Below are positions 1-6,467 of a DNA stretch of 12,128 nt, in pieces. The notes beneath the pieces are model-generated. The model was not told the DNA's origin. It saw only the letters and a list, made by a program, of their open reading frames with translations, and did no database searches. Every line of letters starts with the position of its first letter. Within the stretch, counting starts at the first letter, position 1. A program made the position numbers and the translations under genes. Source of the DNA: a virus; UHGV virus genome UHGV-0067634; one strand, 5' to 3'.

Positions 1-49
1 AAGCACAAAGCCTTGTTTGTCTCAGTTTTGTCTCATCAACCACAGCAAG

Positions 50-587
50 TCATCGATCGATTGAGGCTTGGATGATAGACTTCATGCCCTTCAGTACTTC
101 ATCCTCTATCGCTTCTCCGTCGCTCGTAATCAGCACCTTACCCTTCCGCCTGGAGAATTGTGTAAAGACGTCGCTCAGGATCAGTAGCACGTCACCAACA
201 GTTAGCTTAATAAACTGGTCAATTACGACATAGCTTTTAGACGTATCAAGGATACGGCCGCTCTCTGTCGTGCACATTTCATGATGGTTCAAGCAGTTAC
301 CAACAAAATCCTGCGCCGATGATGGAGATCCTATATCACAGCCCTCTACCGTAGTCGTAGAACATGAACAGGCGTTTCTCACCATCGTTAGGTGAGATAT
401 CTTTGAAGGTGGTGACATAGCTCTCGATCCACTTGTTGGCTTCGTGGAAAGACCAGTGCCAGTTGACATTTGCCATCTCGTTGACAAAGTCCTGCGTTAA
501 AACCGTCTTACTCCCGTCTGGTTGTGATTTGTTTGCTGCCGTAAAGCGCTTGGTATCTCGTATCTTCGTGCCATAATCATCTCCCCA
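50..587 (-). pseudogene. Frame-disrupted ORF remnant: protein-like translation in one frame over 336..587 (ends ...FMFYDYGRGL*) and in another frame over about 50..335 (ends ...KGMKSIIQASIDR*)
   Basis: Hand translation of the minus strand. The ATG at 572..574 has a GGGGAG RBS but its frame stops after 25 codons (stop 497..499). A second frame is open 336..587 with no in-frame start near its 5' end. The track ORF 50..487 begins at a TTG and its first ~50 residues look like out-of-frame junk. Family unknown. Confidence 0.3.
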
Positions 588-591
588 TTAT

Positions 592-611
592 TACTGTGTA
601 TAAACACAGCA
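592..611. promoter_or_regulatory. LexA-box-like (SOS box) palindrome TACTGTGTATAAACACAGCA
   Basis: CTGT-N8-ACAG with an AT-rich centre; 16 of 20 positions match the consensus TACTGTATATATATACAGTA as I recall it. It lies about 12 bp upstream (minus strand) of the GGGGAG RBS and ATG at 572..574, and about 87 bp upstream (plus strand) of the acyltransferase start. Confidence 0.4.
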
Positions 612-697
612 CCTACAGATATTGCTATCGATCAAGCCTTTCATGGGTGTTAAACTGCGCCCCTTAATACTTACTGCTATTTTTCTGAGTAAATATA

Positions 698-1846
698 ATG
701 ACTAACCAGTTTGCCATTACCATTGCTATATCCTGCTTCGTGATTGCGATGGTGATCTTCAGTTTGCCAGTCTTCAAATTCCTGGACGAAGAGGCTCAAC
801 CAAAGAGAACGAACAGTCTTGATGGGATGAGATTTATTCTTGCATCATTGGTAATATTTCATCACATGGACTGTTTTTATTCTTACTATACCACAGGTAA
901 ATGGGAGCCAGTTTCCTACTTTCTTTTCGCTGCCGGAAAGTATGGCGTTGCACTTTTTTTTATGACTACAGCTTACCTTTTTTGGGGCAAGGTAAGGATA
1001 AAAGATAGTGTTGATTGGGTTTCACTCTACAGAGGACGGTTTTTCAGGATTATCCCTTTAGCTGTATTCGCATCATTTGTCGCTATAATTTCATTGTTTA
1101 TTTTCACTAAGCCGTTCCCTCTGTATAACACCCCAATTTCAAATATATTTTCTTGGTTCGATGGTAGCTTATGGGATCACAAACCACCAGTAACAACGAT
1201 GCAGCGTCCAACTATAGCTTTGGCGGGTGTAACCTGGACTTTAAGATGGGAGTGGATGTTTTATTTTACTCTCCCTGCACTCTTTTTCTTTAGGAAACTT
1301 TCTTTTGAAATTTCAATAATTTTATTAGCATTTTCAATTTACCTCATGCCAAGCATAACCAAAGATGCATATCTTTGGTCATTTTTCTTCGCAGGAATGG
1401 TTTGCAGAGAGTTAAAGGAAAGAGTTTATATAACTGAGTCAAATGCAGAGTGGTTTTTATTAGCATCAATAATCCTCATCATAGTTGTCGACCCCACACT
1501 ATTTCGTGTTCCCGGAACGATATTCCTTGCCTTTATATTTTTCTCAATTTTGTCTGGAGGTAGCCTCTTTGGTTTACTCAAAACAAGAGCAGCTATTAGG
1601 CTTGGAACTATAAGTTATAGTCTATATATCACTCAAGGTTTAATTTTATTCCCTGCATACAACCTGTATATAAAAGAGTTTACGTTAAATCTTGATAGTT
1701 CATATTTTATATTCCTTTGCATGTCATACGCTGCCATTTGTTTTTTATCAGCAACAACCTATCATTTCATTGAGCTTCCTTTTATGAAAATAGGAGGTAG
1801 GAAAAGCACTAAGAAGCTAAACCAAGCCAATGTCTTAGATAAATGA
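698..1846 (+). CDS. Acyltransferase family 3 integral membrane protein, putative O-antigen O-acetyltransferase (serotype conversion)
   Basis: 382-aa ORF, hydrophobic throughout. Motif R-x3-LDGMRFILASLVIFHH resembles the acyltransferase-3 signature (R..LDGLRGIA....H) of Oac/OafA-type proteins. Sits in the slot between tailspike and phage end where P22 has gtrABC and Sf6 has oac. Visibly AT-rich versus the structural genes. The motif is preceded by a ~36-aa hydrophobic extension, so the true start is uncertain. Confidence 0.75.
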   Translation: MTNQFAITIAISCFVIAMVIFSLPVFKFLDEEAQPKRTNSLDGMRFILASLVIFHHMDCFYSYYTTGKWEPVSYFLFAAGKYGVALFFMTTAYLFWGKVRIKDSVDWVSLYRGRFFRIIPLAVFASFVAIISLFIFTKPFPLYNTPISNIFSWFDGSLWDHKPPVTTMQRPTIALAGVTWTLRWEWMFYFTLPALFFFRKLSFEISIILLAFSIYLMPSITKDAYLWSFFFAGMVCRELKERVYITESNAEWFLLASIILIIVVDPTLFRVPGTIFLAFIFFSILSGGSLFGLLKTRAAIRLGTISYSLYITQGLILFPAYNLYIKEFTLNLDSSYFIFLCMSYAAICFLSATTYHFIELPFMKIGGRKSTKKLNQANVLDK

Positions 1847-1855
1847 AATTACTTT

Positions 1856-1879
1856 CTGGGGTGCTGACATCCACCCCAG
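1856..1879. terminator. Hairpin between the convergent acyltransferase and tailspike genes (possible bidirectional terminator)
   Basis: Inverted repeat CTGGGGTG (1856..1863) / CACCCCAG (1872..1879) with an 8-nt loop, between stop codons at 1844..1846 (plus) and 1888..1890 (minus). Flanking U-tracts are weak on both strands. Confidence 0.4.
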
Positions 1880-1887
1880 CTTTGCTG

Positions 1888-3861
1888 TTAGTTAAGGACC
1901 GTCCAGTCAGAACTATTTAACCCGTGCGATTTCCACCATTTGCTTGTCCCTGGAAGCCATACCTCTTGACCAATAAATCGAGGTGTCACGTTACCAACAG
2001 GAGTGCTCATTCCGGCACTTGTAACAACATATCCATATTTTGCTGGGCCTGTTCCATTATTAAGGATTGTATCCTTTGTTATGCCTGTTGCCCCATTGTA
2101 CCATTCCAAATCACTACCGCTAGCACCGCTAATAAAGTCAGGCATAAAGTGTGAAAATGAATTATTGGCATCCACTCTGGCACCATTGTAAGCCATATAA
2201 CCGCTAGCTTGAGTATTACTCCATCTCCCTCCTTTTACACTACCAGCAGATGAAGAGAAAAATCTTGCCGCATATCTTGCAAAACCGGCTATATTTATAT
2301 TATTCAATTCATAACCAGAAAGAGACGCAATTGACATACCATCATTATTAGGAATACCTGATGCTATTTGTGGGTTTGATGCATATCCTGTTAATGTGGC
2401 TCCGTTAATATATATCCCTGTGCTTGGCCCAGTCTCTGATGTGTATATTCCAACTCCAGAACAGTTAAAAACTTGAAGATCTGTGATTCTAACATTTCTG
2501 GCATAATGAAAGCTCAAGCCTCGCTCAGCTGGTGAATAGGTCTCGCGCATAGGATATCCGACATCACGCAAGCGAACTCCGTTAATGCTAATGTTGCTCG
2601 GATTCATACCTGGTGTTACTGACTCAAAACCTTCAAATGTAATGCCATTACCAACATTGATTCCCACTACATTACTGACGTGAATATCTGAGACATACCT
2701 TTTAAATCCGATAACTCCATGGGCACAATTACGACCAACAACGTTGGTGATAATGCAATTACGCGTGCCTCCAGGCTCCCCTGCAGAACAATAAATTCCT
2801 AAATCCCGACAATTCTCTACGAGAAGACCGTCAATGACGGAATCTGTAGCGCTTGCATACATCAGGCATGAATCAGGCGCATTAACAAGTTCAACATTTT
2901 TTAGTGTGCAACGTGCTCCACCAAAAGTAAGGATATCAGCTACAGCATAAAGCTTGTTGTTTTCTTGATTACCATCAATGCGTAAATCACGTATATGAAC
3001 ATCATTAGCCCCCATGTTGTGAACAAGGTAGTAGGCCTGTGTTTTATCAACACAAATATCATCCGCAAATTTAAGCCATCCCCCAGCACCGATAAGTATT
3101 GTTTTCTCCTTGATCTGTAATCCAGTAAATATCCATGGATCTCCATCTTTATTCTTTGGAGTAATCTTTATTGCACAGTAACCAGGAACAGATCCAGAAT
3201 AATCAAGTGCTGCCTGTAGCGTCTGCTGATCTGTCATGCTACCAAACATAAAAGAACGCACATCAATACAGTCATCAACCTGTAATTCCAATTGTAGGCC
3301 ATCAGAACGGTCAACAATGACAATACCATCTGCAGTAATACCCGTATTTGGAGTTACTGAGTACTTATTATAACTCCCGGCAGAGTTTTTAACCGCCACC
3401 AAGCGTCCTTCAACAGTTGTGTTTATTGTCAGATCAGTCTGGTTATCCAACTCCATGGCAATGCCGCCAATAAGAGCGGCCCCTTCAGGCTGTGATAGTT
3501 TGTTTTTAAATGTGTCTAATGCTTGATCTGGGTCATACTTAAGAACGTCAGGAAAGTAATGCTGTTGCACCATATATGAATCATATACAGCCATACTATA
3601 ATTCTGTGTAGTAAGAAACTTACATATCTGCCCGTTGTGAACAGGGTAGCCACCAGAATTAATTATTATTGGCTGAGAAACCGGAACAGGAGTGCCATTC
3701 TCACCTTCAATATATACCTGAATTTGGTTTGAAGGTGATGTTGGATCTGTATCAGGTAATCCTATAAACATTTTGCCATTGGCTACGGCTTTAAAAGAGC
3801 GAGCCATAGTGAAGAGTTGCGATGGCATGCTTACCACAACATTGGCTGTGATGTTTGTCAT
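1888..3861 (-). CDS. Tailspike protein: P22 gp9-like N-terminal head-binding domain fused to a different beta-helix receptor-binding domain
   Basis: 657-aa ORF. The first ~110 aa (MTNITANVVVS...RSFKAVANGK...VLKYDPDQ) align by eye with the P22 tailspike head-binding domain as I recall it. The remainder is Gly/Asn/Ser/Thr/Val-rich like a right-handed beta-helix but does not resemble the P22 endorhamnosidase domain. RBS AGGA 7 nt upstream of the ATG at 3859..3861. Confidence 0.9.
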   Translation of the reverse strand: MTNITANVVVSMPSQLFTMARSFKAVANGKMFIGLPDTDPTSPSNQIQVYIEGENGTPVPVSQPIIINSGGYPVHNGQICKFLTTQNYSMAVYDSYMVQQHYFPDVLKYDPDQALDTFKNKLSQPEGAALIGGIAMELDNQTDLTINTTVEGRLVAVKNSAGSYNKYSVTPNTGITADGIVIVDRSDGLQLELQVDDCIDVRSFMFGSMTDQQTLQAALDYSGSVPGYCAIKITPKNKDGDPWIFTGLQIKEKTILIGAGGWLKFADDICVDKTQAYYLVHNMGANDVHIRDLRIDGNQENNKLYAVADILTFGGARCTLKNVELVNAPDSCLMYASATDSVIDGLLVENCRDLGIYCSAGEPGGTRNCIITNVVGRNCAHGVIGFKRYVSDIHVSNVVGINVGNGITFEGFESVTPGMNPSNISINGVRLRDVGYPMRETYSPAERGLSFHYARNVRITDLQVFNCSGVGIYTSETGPSTGIYINGATLTGYASNPQIASGIPNNDGMSIASLSGYELNNINIAGFARYAARFFSSSAGSVKGGRWSNTQASGYMAYNGARVDANNSFSHFMPDFISGASGSDLEWYNGATGITKDTILNNGTGPAKYGYVVTSAGMSTPVGNVTPRFIGQEVWLPGTSKWWKSHGLNSSDWTVLN

Positions 3862-4256
3862 ATTAATTTCCTATCTGATTATTTATATATTAAATAAATT
3901 CGGATAGCAGCAGGCGAAAGATGAAAGTGTTAAAAAATAACCTTTCATTCATTTTATAGTTAACAATATAATTGTCTCTGCTAACATATAACACGCGAGC
4001 ACGCTGATCAACCGCCATATAACATGTGTACTTAACTAACTGTTTGCAAAAGAAAAAACAGACAACGAAAAGCATTAAGAAATAAAAAAACAAAATATAA
4101 AATTACCATTCAAATAAAATCATTGCTTTTCTTATTAATATTAACAGTGATACCAACAATGTTTATTTTCAAATCAAAACCTGTTTACAATATCTGTCAT
4201 TTAATTTGCTCCAGATACAAGGAATCGCCGCGGCATGGCTACGGTGAATTTTGGGC

Positions 4257-4283
4257 ATAAAAAAACCCAGCCGAAGCTGGGTT
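4257..4283 (-). terminator. Rho-independent terminator downstream of ant
   Basis: On the minus strand: stem AACCCAGC, loop TTCG, stem GCTGGGTT, followed by a run of 7 U. It starts about 17 bp after the ant stop codon (4301..4303). Confidence 0.75.
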
Positions 4284-4300
4284 GTTGCGTTGGTTATCTG

Positions 4301-5203
4301 TCAGTAGTTATGTACTGAAGGAGGCAATTCTTTATTCTTAAGTCTCATCCATGCGGAAAGATTCGTTGGTCCGTCTGGCTCATTGATATCAACATCTCGT
4401 GTGTGATTGATTAAAACGTCTCTCGCCATTCCGATAACATACGAGAACTCATGACCATAGTCGTAGCATCTGCCGGAATAGTTCGATTGAATTTGTTTTA
4501 ATGCCGGATACAGTTCACGGAATAATGCCTGTGAACGGTTGGCATAATCCCATAACCATACAAGGCTGTTTGCTTCTTTTGCAGAAAGCTCGTTGGTTTT
4601 CTTCTCTTGTTTGCCAATGAACTCACCTTCAAGCACTACCCTGTGGATGTACTCTACGGCTTTCGGTATCTGAGATGCATCAAGCTCTTCAATACTTTCC
4701 ACATTGAAATGCTGATGAATCATTGCATAAGCTTCTGGGTACATTAGATGCTTTTTGCTGACCAGCATATTTACAGCATCACGAAGCGGAGTCCTGTCAT
4801 CAACAGATGTTTTCTTACGTGCATTTTCTGCCTTTCCCTTCGTCCAGCAGTCATGCAGCACAGTAAAGCATTCTTCCTGGTACTGAATCAGTTTATCACG
4901 GATGTCAGCACGAACTTTCTCAGGGTTGATGCTGAACAGCCATCCATTTAACTTCTTCAAAGGAAGGCAGAGTAGCTTACGAAGCTTACCATCAGCGGCA
5001 ACCATGTTCATATGAACACAGTTGAATTTGCTAATCTGCTTCATGAGTTTTGTTTGCTGCGTTGACCAGCTCATTCCAAGGTTTTCAACGATTGGCTTCA
5101 TCGCAACATATGCAACTCCGGCAGCCATGGCGGTGATAATTTGCTGACCGTTGAATGGTACGTAAGAGGTGTTCACTGCTTCTAAAATTGCTATACTATT
5201 CAT
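4301..5203 (-). CDS. ant: Antirepressor Ant (immI region)
   Basis: 300-aa ORF directly downstream of arc in the same orientation, matching P22 immI gene order. The longer track ORF (to 5269) starts at TTG; the ATG at 5201..5203 ([10 protein letters not shown]...) has a GGAG RBS and gives the expected size. Product assigned by synteny and length, not by remembered sequence. Confidence 0.8.
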   Translation of the reverse strand: MNSIAILEAVNTSYVPFNGQQIITAMAAGVAYVAMKPIVENLGMSWSTQQTKLMKQISKFNCVHMNMVAADGKLRKLLCLPLKKLNGWLFSINPEKVRADIRDKLIQYQEECFTVLHDCWTKGKAENARKKTSVDDRTPLRDAVNMLVSKKHLMYPEAYAMIHQHFNVESIEELDASQIPKAVEYIHRVVLEGEFIGKQEKKTNELSAKEANSLVWLWDYANRSQALFRELYPALKQIQSNYSGRCYDYGHEFSYVIGMARDVLINHTRDVDINEPDGPTNLSAWMRLKNKELPPSVHNY

Positions 5204-5271
5204 GTTGGTTTTTCTCCACGGATTTACTGACAAACGAAGCCCTGACTGTTCCCGCAGTTGGGGCTTCAACT
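5204..5271 (+). ncRNA. sar: Possible sar antisense RNA locus (arc-ant intercistronic region); ends not determined
   Basis: In P22 a ~68-nt antisense RNA is made from the arc-ant intercistronic region and pairs with the ant RBS. Here that region is 68 bp and holds a 13-bp imperfect hairpin (5235..5266, two G-U pairs). Promoter and 3' end could not be fixed from sequence. Confidence 0.3.
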
Positions 5272-5433
5272 TTACGCGCCAATGCGCCCTTCCTTCTTAA
5301 AGCTTTCCATTACTCTCTGATAAATCTCAGAGTTAACAGACCGACCATTCTCTTCCGCCACCTTGCGTACCAAATCCAATACTTCTTTAGGCCACCGCAA
5401 ATTGAACTGCGGCATTTTGCTCATTCCTTTCAT
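5272..5433 (-). CDS. arc: Arc repressor (ribbon-helix-helix)
   Basis: 53-aa product [53 protein letters not shown] matches P22 Arc as I recall it, apart from one Lys where I remember Arg16. Start set at the ATG at 5431..5433; the track's upstream extension is not real. Confidence 0.95.
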   Translation of the reverse strand: MKGMSKMPQFNLRWPKEVLDLVRKVAEENGRSVNSEIYQRVMESFKKEGRIGA

Positions 5434-5448
5434 GTTCACCTCATAATA

Positions 5449-5467
5449 TAGGTCCACGGTGGACCTA
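5449..5467. promoter_or_regulatory. Mnt operator (Omnt), perfect palindrome TAGGTCCACGGTGGACCTA
   Basis: 19-bp perfect palindrome containing the 17-bp P22 Mnt operator core AGGTCCACGGTGGACCT. It overlaps the predicted Pant start site. Confidence 0.85.
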
Positions 5468-5496
5468 TTGAGAATATAGTAGAGTGCTTCTATCAT
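5468..5496 (+). promoter_or_regulatory. Pmnt promoter
   Basis: On the plus strand: -35 TTGAGA (5468..5473), 17-bp spacer, -10 TATCAT (5491..5496). GGAG RBS 7 nt before the mnt ATG. Overlaps Pant back-to-back, as described for P22 immI. Confidence 0.6.
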
Positions 5497-5501
5497 GTCA
5501 A
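5473..5501 (-). promoter_or_regulatory. Pant promoter (arc-ant operon)
   Basis: On the minus strand: -35 TTGACA (5496..5501), 17-bp spacer, -10 TATATT (5473..5478). Predicted start falls inside Omnt. Confidence 0.7.
5476..5496. promoter_or_regulatory. Arc operator (Oarc), ATAGTAGAGTGCTTCTATCAT
   Basis: Exact match to the 21-bp P22 arc operator as I recall it, lying between the -35 and -10 elements of both divergent promoters. Confidence 0.9.
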
Positions 5502-5523
5502 TACACTAACTTGGAGTGATGGC

Positions 5524-5775
5524 ATGGCTAGAGATGATCCGCACTTTAACTTCCGTATGCCTATGGAAGTAAGGGAGAAATTAAAATTCAGGGCGGAGGC
5601 GAATGGGAGATCAATGAACTCCGAGTTGTTACAAATCGTCCAAGATGCTCTATCAAAACCATCGCCTGTGACTGGATATCGTGACGATGCAGAACGACTC
5701 GCTGATGAGCAGTCAGATCTTGTTAAGAAGATGGTGTTTGATACGCTGAAGGATTTGTACAAAAAAACCACCTGA
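5524..5775 (+). CDS. mnt: Mnt repressor (ribbon-helix-helix)
   Basis: 83-aa product MARDDPHFNFRMPMEVREKLKFRAEANGRSMNSELLQIVQDALSKPSPVTGYR...KKMVFDTLKDLYKKTT is near-identical to P22 Mnt as I recall it. Divergent from arc across the operator region. Confidence 0.95.
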   Translation: MARDDPHFNFRMPMEVREKLKFRAEANGRSMNSELLQIVQDALSKPSPVTGYRDDAERLADEQSDLVKKMVFDTLKDLYKKTT

Positions 5776-5874
5776 CGGTGAGTTAATTTTTGCATTTACC
5801 TGGGCCATATTGACTACTTATAAAATGAGATCAATATTTAATCGCCCAATAACGGGTGTATGTTGAGGTATATC

Positions 5875-6054
5875 ATGGCGAAAAAACCAGGTGAAAACAC
5901 AGGAAAAAACGGCGGAATATACCAAGAAGTTGGCCCACGCGGCGGTAAGAAAGACAATTTTGCCACCGTCAAGGACAACGAAAGGCTTCCACCAACAACA
6001 AAGCCAGGTCATGGCTGGGTATTGGATAAGCGAACTCCAGACAGCAAAAAGTAA
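5875..6054 (+). CDS. Small Lys/Gly-rich hypothetical protein (59 aa), in the position of P22 orf59a
   Basis: ATG at 5875 with a GAGG RBS about 8 nt upstream. Product MAKKPGENTGKNGGIYQEVGPRGGKKDNFATVKDNERLPPTTKPGHGWVLDKRTPDSKK. Same strand as mnt and followed by a terminator. Length and position match what I recall of P22 orf59a; homology not verified. Confidence 0.55.
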   Translation: MAKKPGENTGKNGGIYQEVGPRGGKKDNFATVKDNERLPPTTKPGHGWVLDKRTPDSKK

Positions 6055-6059
6055 TAATC

Positions 6060-6082
6060 AAGCCGGGTCACTCCGGCTTTTT
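6060..6082 (+). terminator. Rho-independent terminator after the 59-aa ORF
   Basis: Stem AAGCCGG, loop GTCACT, stem CCGGCTT, then a T-run ending at 6082. The hairpin overlaps the last four codons (KKPE) of the convergent minus-strand ORF 6068..6433. Confidence 0.55.
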
Positions 6083-6433
6083 GATATGTCGCTCGCAGAA
6101 CTCAACAAGCCTGCTCATTAAGTAGCAGTAAGTCTCGTTGGCTCTTCCTGGTTCAACATCAACACCTACCCTTGAGCAGATATCGAATGCCATGTGAGCG
6201 CACTCATGGGCAATAGTAGATAGTTTGCCATTGAACACGCCTATCACATGCAAAACACCATTCTCGCTACTCATTGTATGAGACGCTCCGTTGGCGTCCG
6301 AGTCATGCACGTCAACGCCAAGTTTTTGATGCAGGCGTTGCCATTCTGGAAAGTCTCTACAAAACACAATTGTACCGCTCTCAAAGAGCGGTACGAGCAT
6401 CTTTGGTACGTTTCCAATGTTAACTTTTTTCAT
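6068..6433 (-). CDS. Hypothetical protein with HExxH zinc-metallopeptidase motif (possibly ImmA/IrrE-like)
   Basis: 121-aa ORF; ATG at 6431..6433 with AGGA 4 nt upstream. Motif IAHECAHMAF, followed 14 residues later by E-PGR-AN-ETYCYLM, which resembles the HExxH...E..AN.FA..LL pattern of M78-type peptidases. A perfect TATAAT sits upstream on the minus strand (plus coordinates 6463..6468). Confidence 0.55.
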   Translation of the reverse strand: MKKVNIGNVPKMLVPLFESGTIVFCRDFPEWQRLHQKLGVDVHDSDANGASHTMSSENGVLHVIGVFNGKLSTIAHECAHMAFDICSRVGVDVEPGRANETYCYLMSRLVEFCERHIKKPE

Positions 6434-6467
6434 GGTATCCTGCGCAAAACTAAGGAGAGTTAATTAT

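Noticed and set aside
1-697. Insertion sequence, or attachment site with tRNA, at the left edge
   Set aside because: I found no terminal inverted repeats, no transposase-like translation (IS1 and IS200 considered), and no tRNA T-arm-like sequence. The region is better explained as a decayed accessory gene.
1924-3146. Plus and minus small ORFs inside the tailspike gene (1924..2154, 2003..2191, 2940..3146)
   Set aside because: Embedded in or antisense to a strongly supported 657-aa CDS; Cys/Pro-rich junk translations.
3890-4093. 67-aa ORF in the AT-rich spacer
   Set aside because: Begins at TTG, has no RBS, and its Phe/Leu/Lys-rich product is what AT-rich DNA yields by chance.
4301-5269. Longer 322-aa version of the ant ORF reaching to the arc stop codon
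   Set aside because: The extension starts at TTG with no RBS and would remove the arc-ant intercistronic region. The internal ATG at 5203 has a GGAG RBS and gives a 300-aa product.
4748-5451. Plus-strand ORFs 4748..4951 and 5155..5451 opposite ant and arc
   Set aside because: Antisense shadows of well-supported genes. The second would have to read through the arc coding region.
5272-5496. 74-aa extended version of Arc
   Set aside because: The extra N-terminal residues would run through the Mnt and Arc operators and Pant. The ATG at 5433 gives the 53-aa Arc.
5493-5795. 100-aa minus-strand ORF
   Set aside because: Antisense to the near-perfect Mnt coding sequence; a shadow ORF with odd Ser/Cys-rich composition.
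5818-6121. ORFs 5818..6012 (minus) and 5891..6121 (plus) overlapping the 59-aa gene
   Set aside because: They are alternative frames or antisense of the better-supported 5875..6054 ORF, lack RBSs, and the plus one runs through the terminator.
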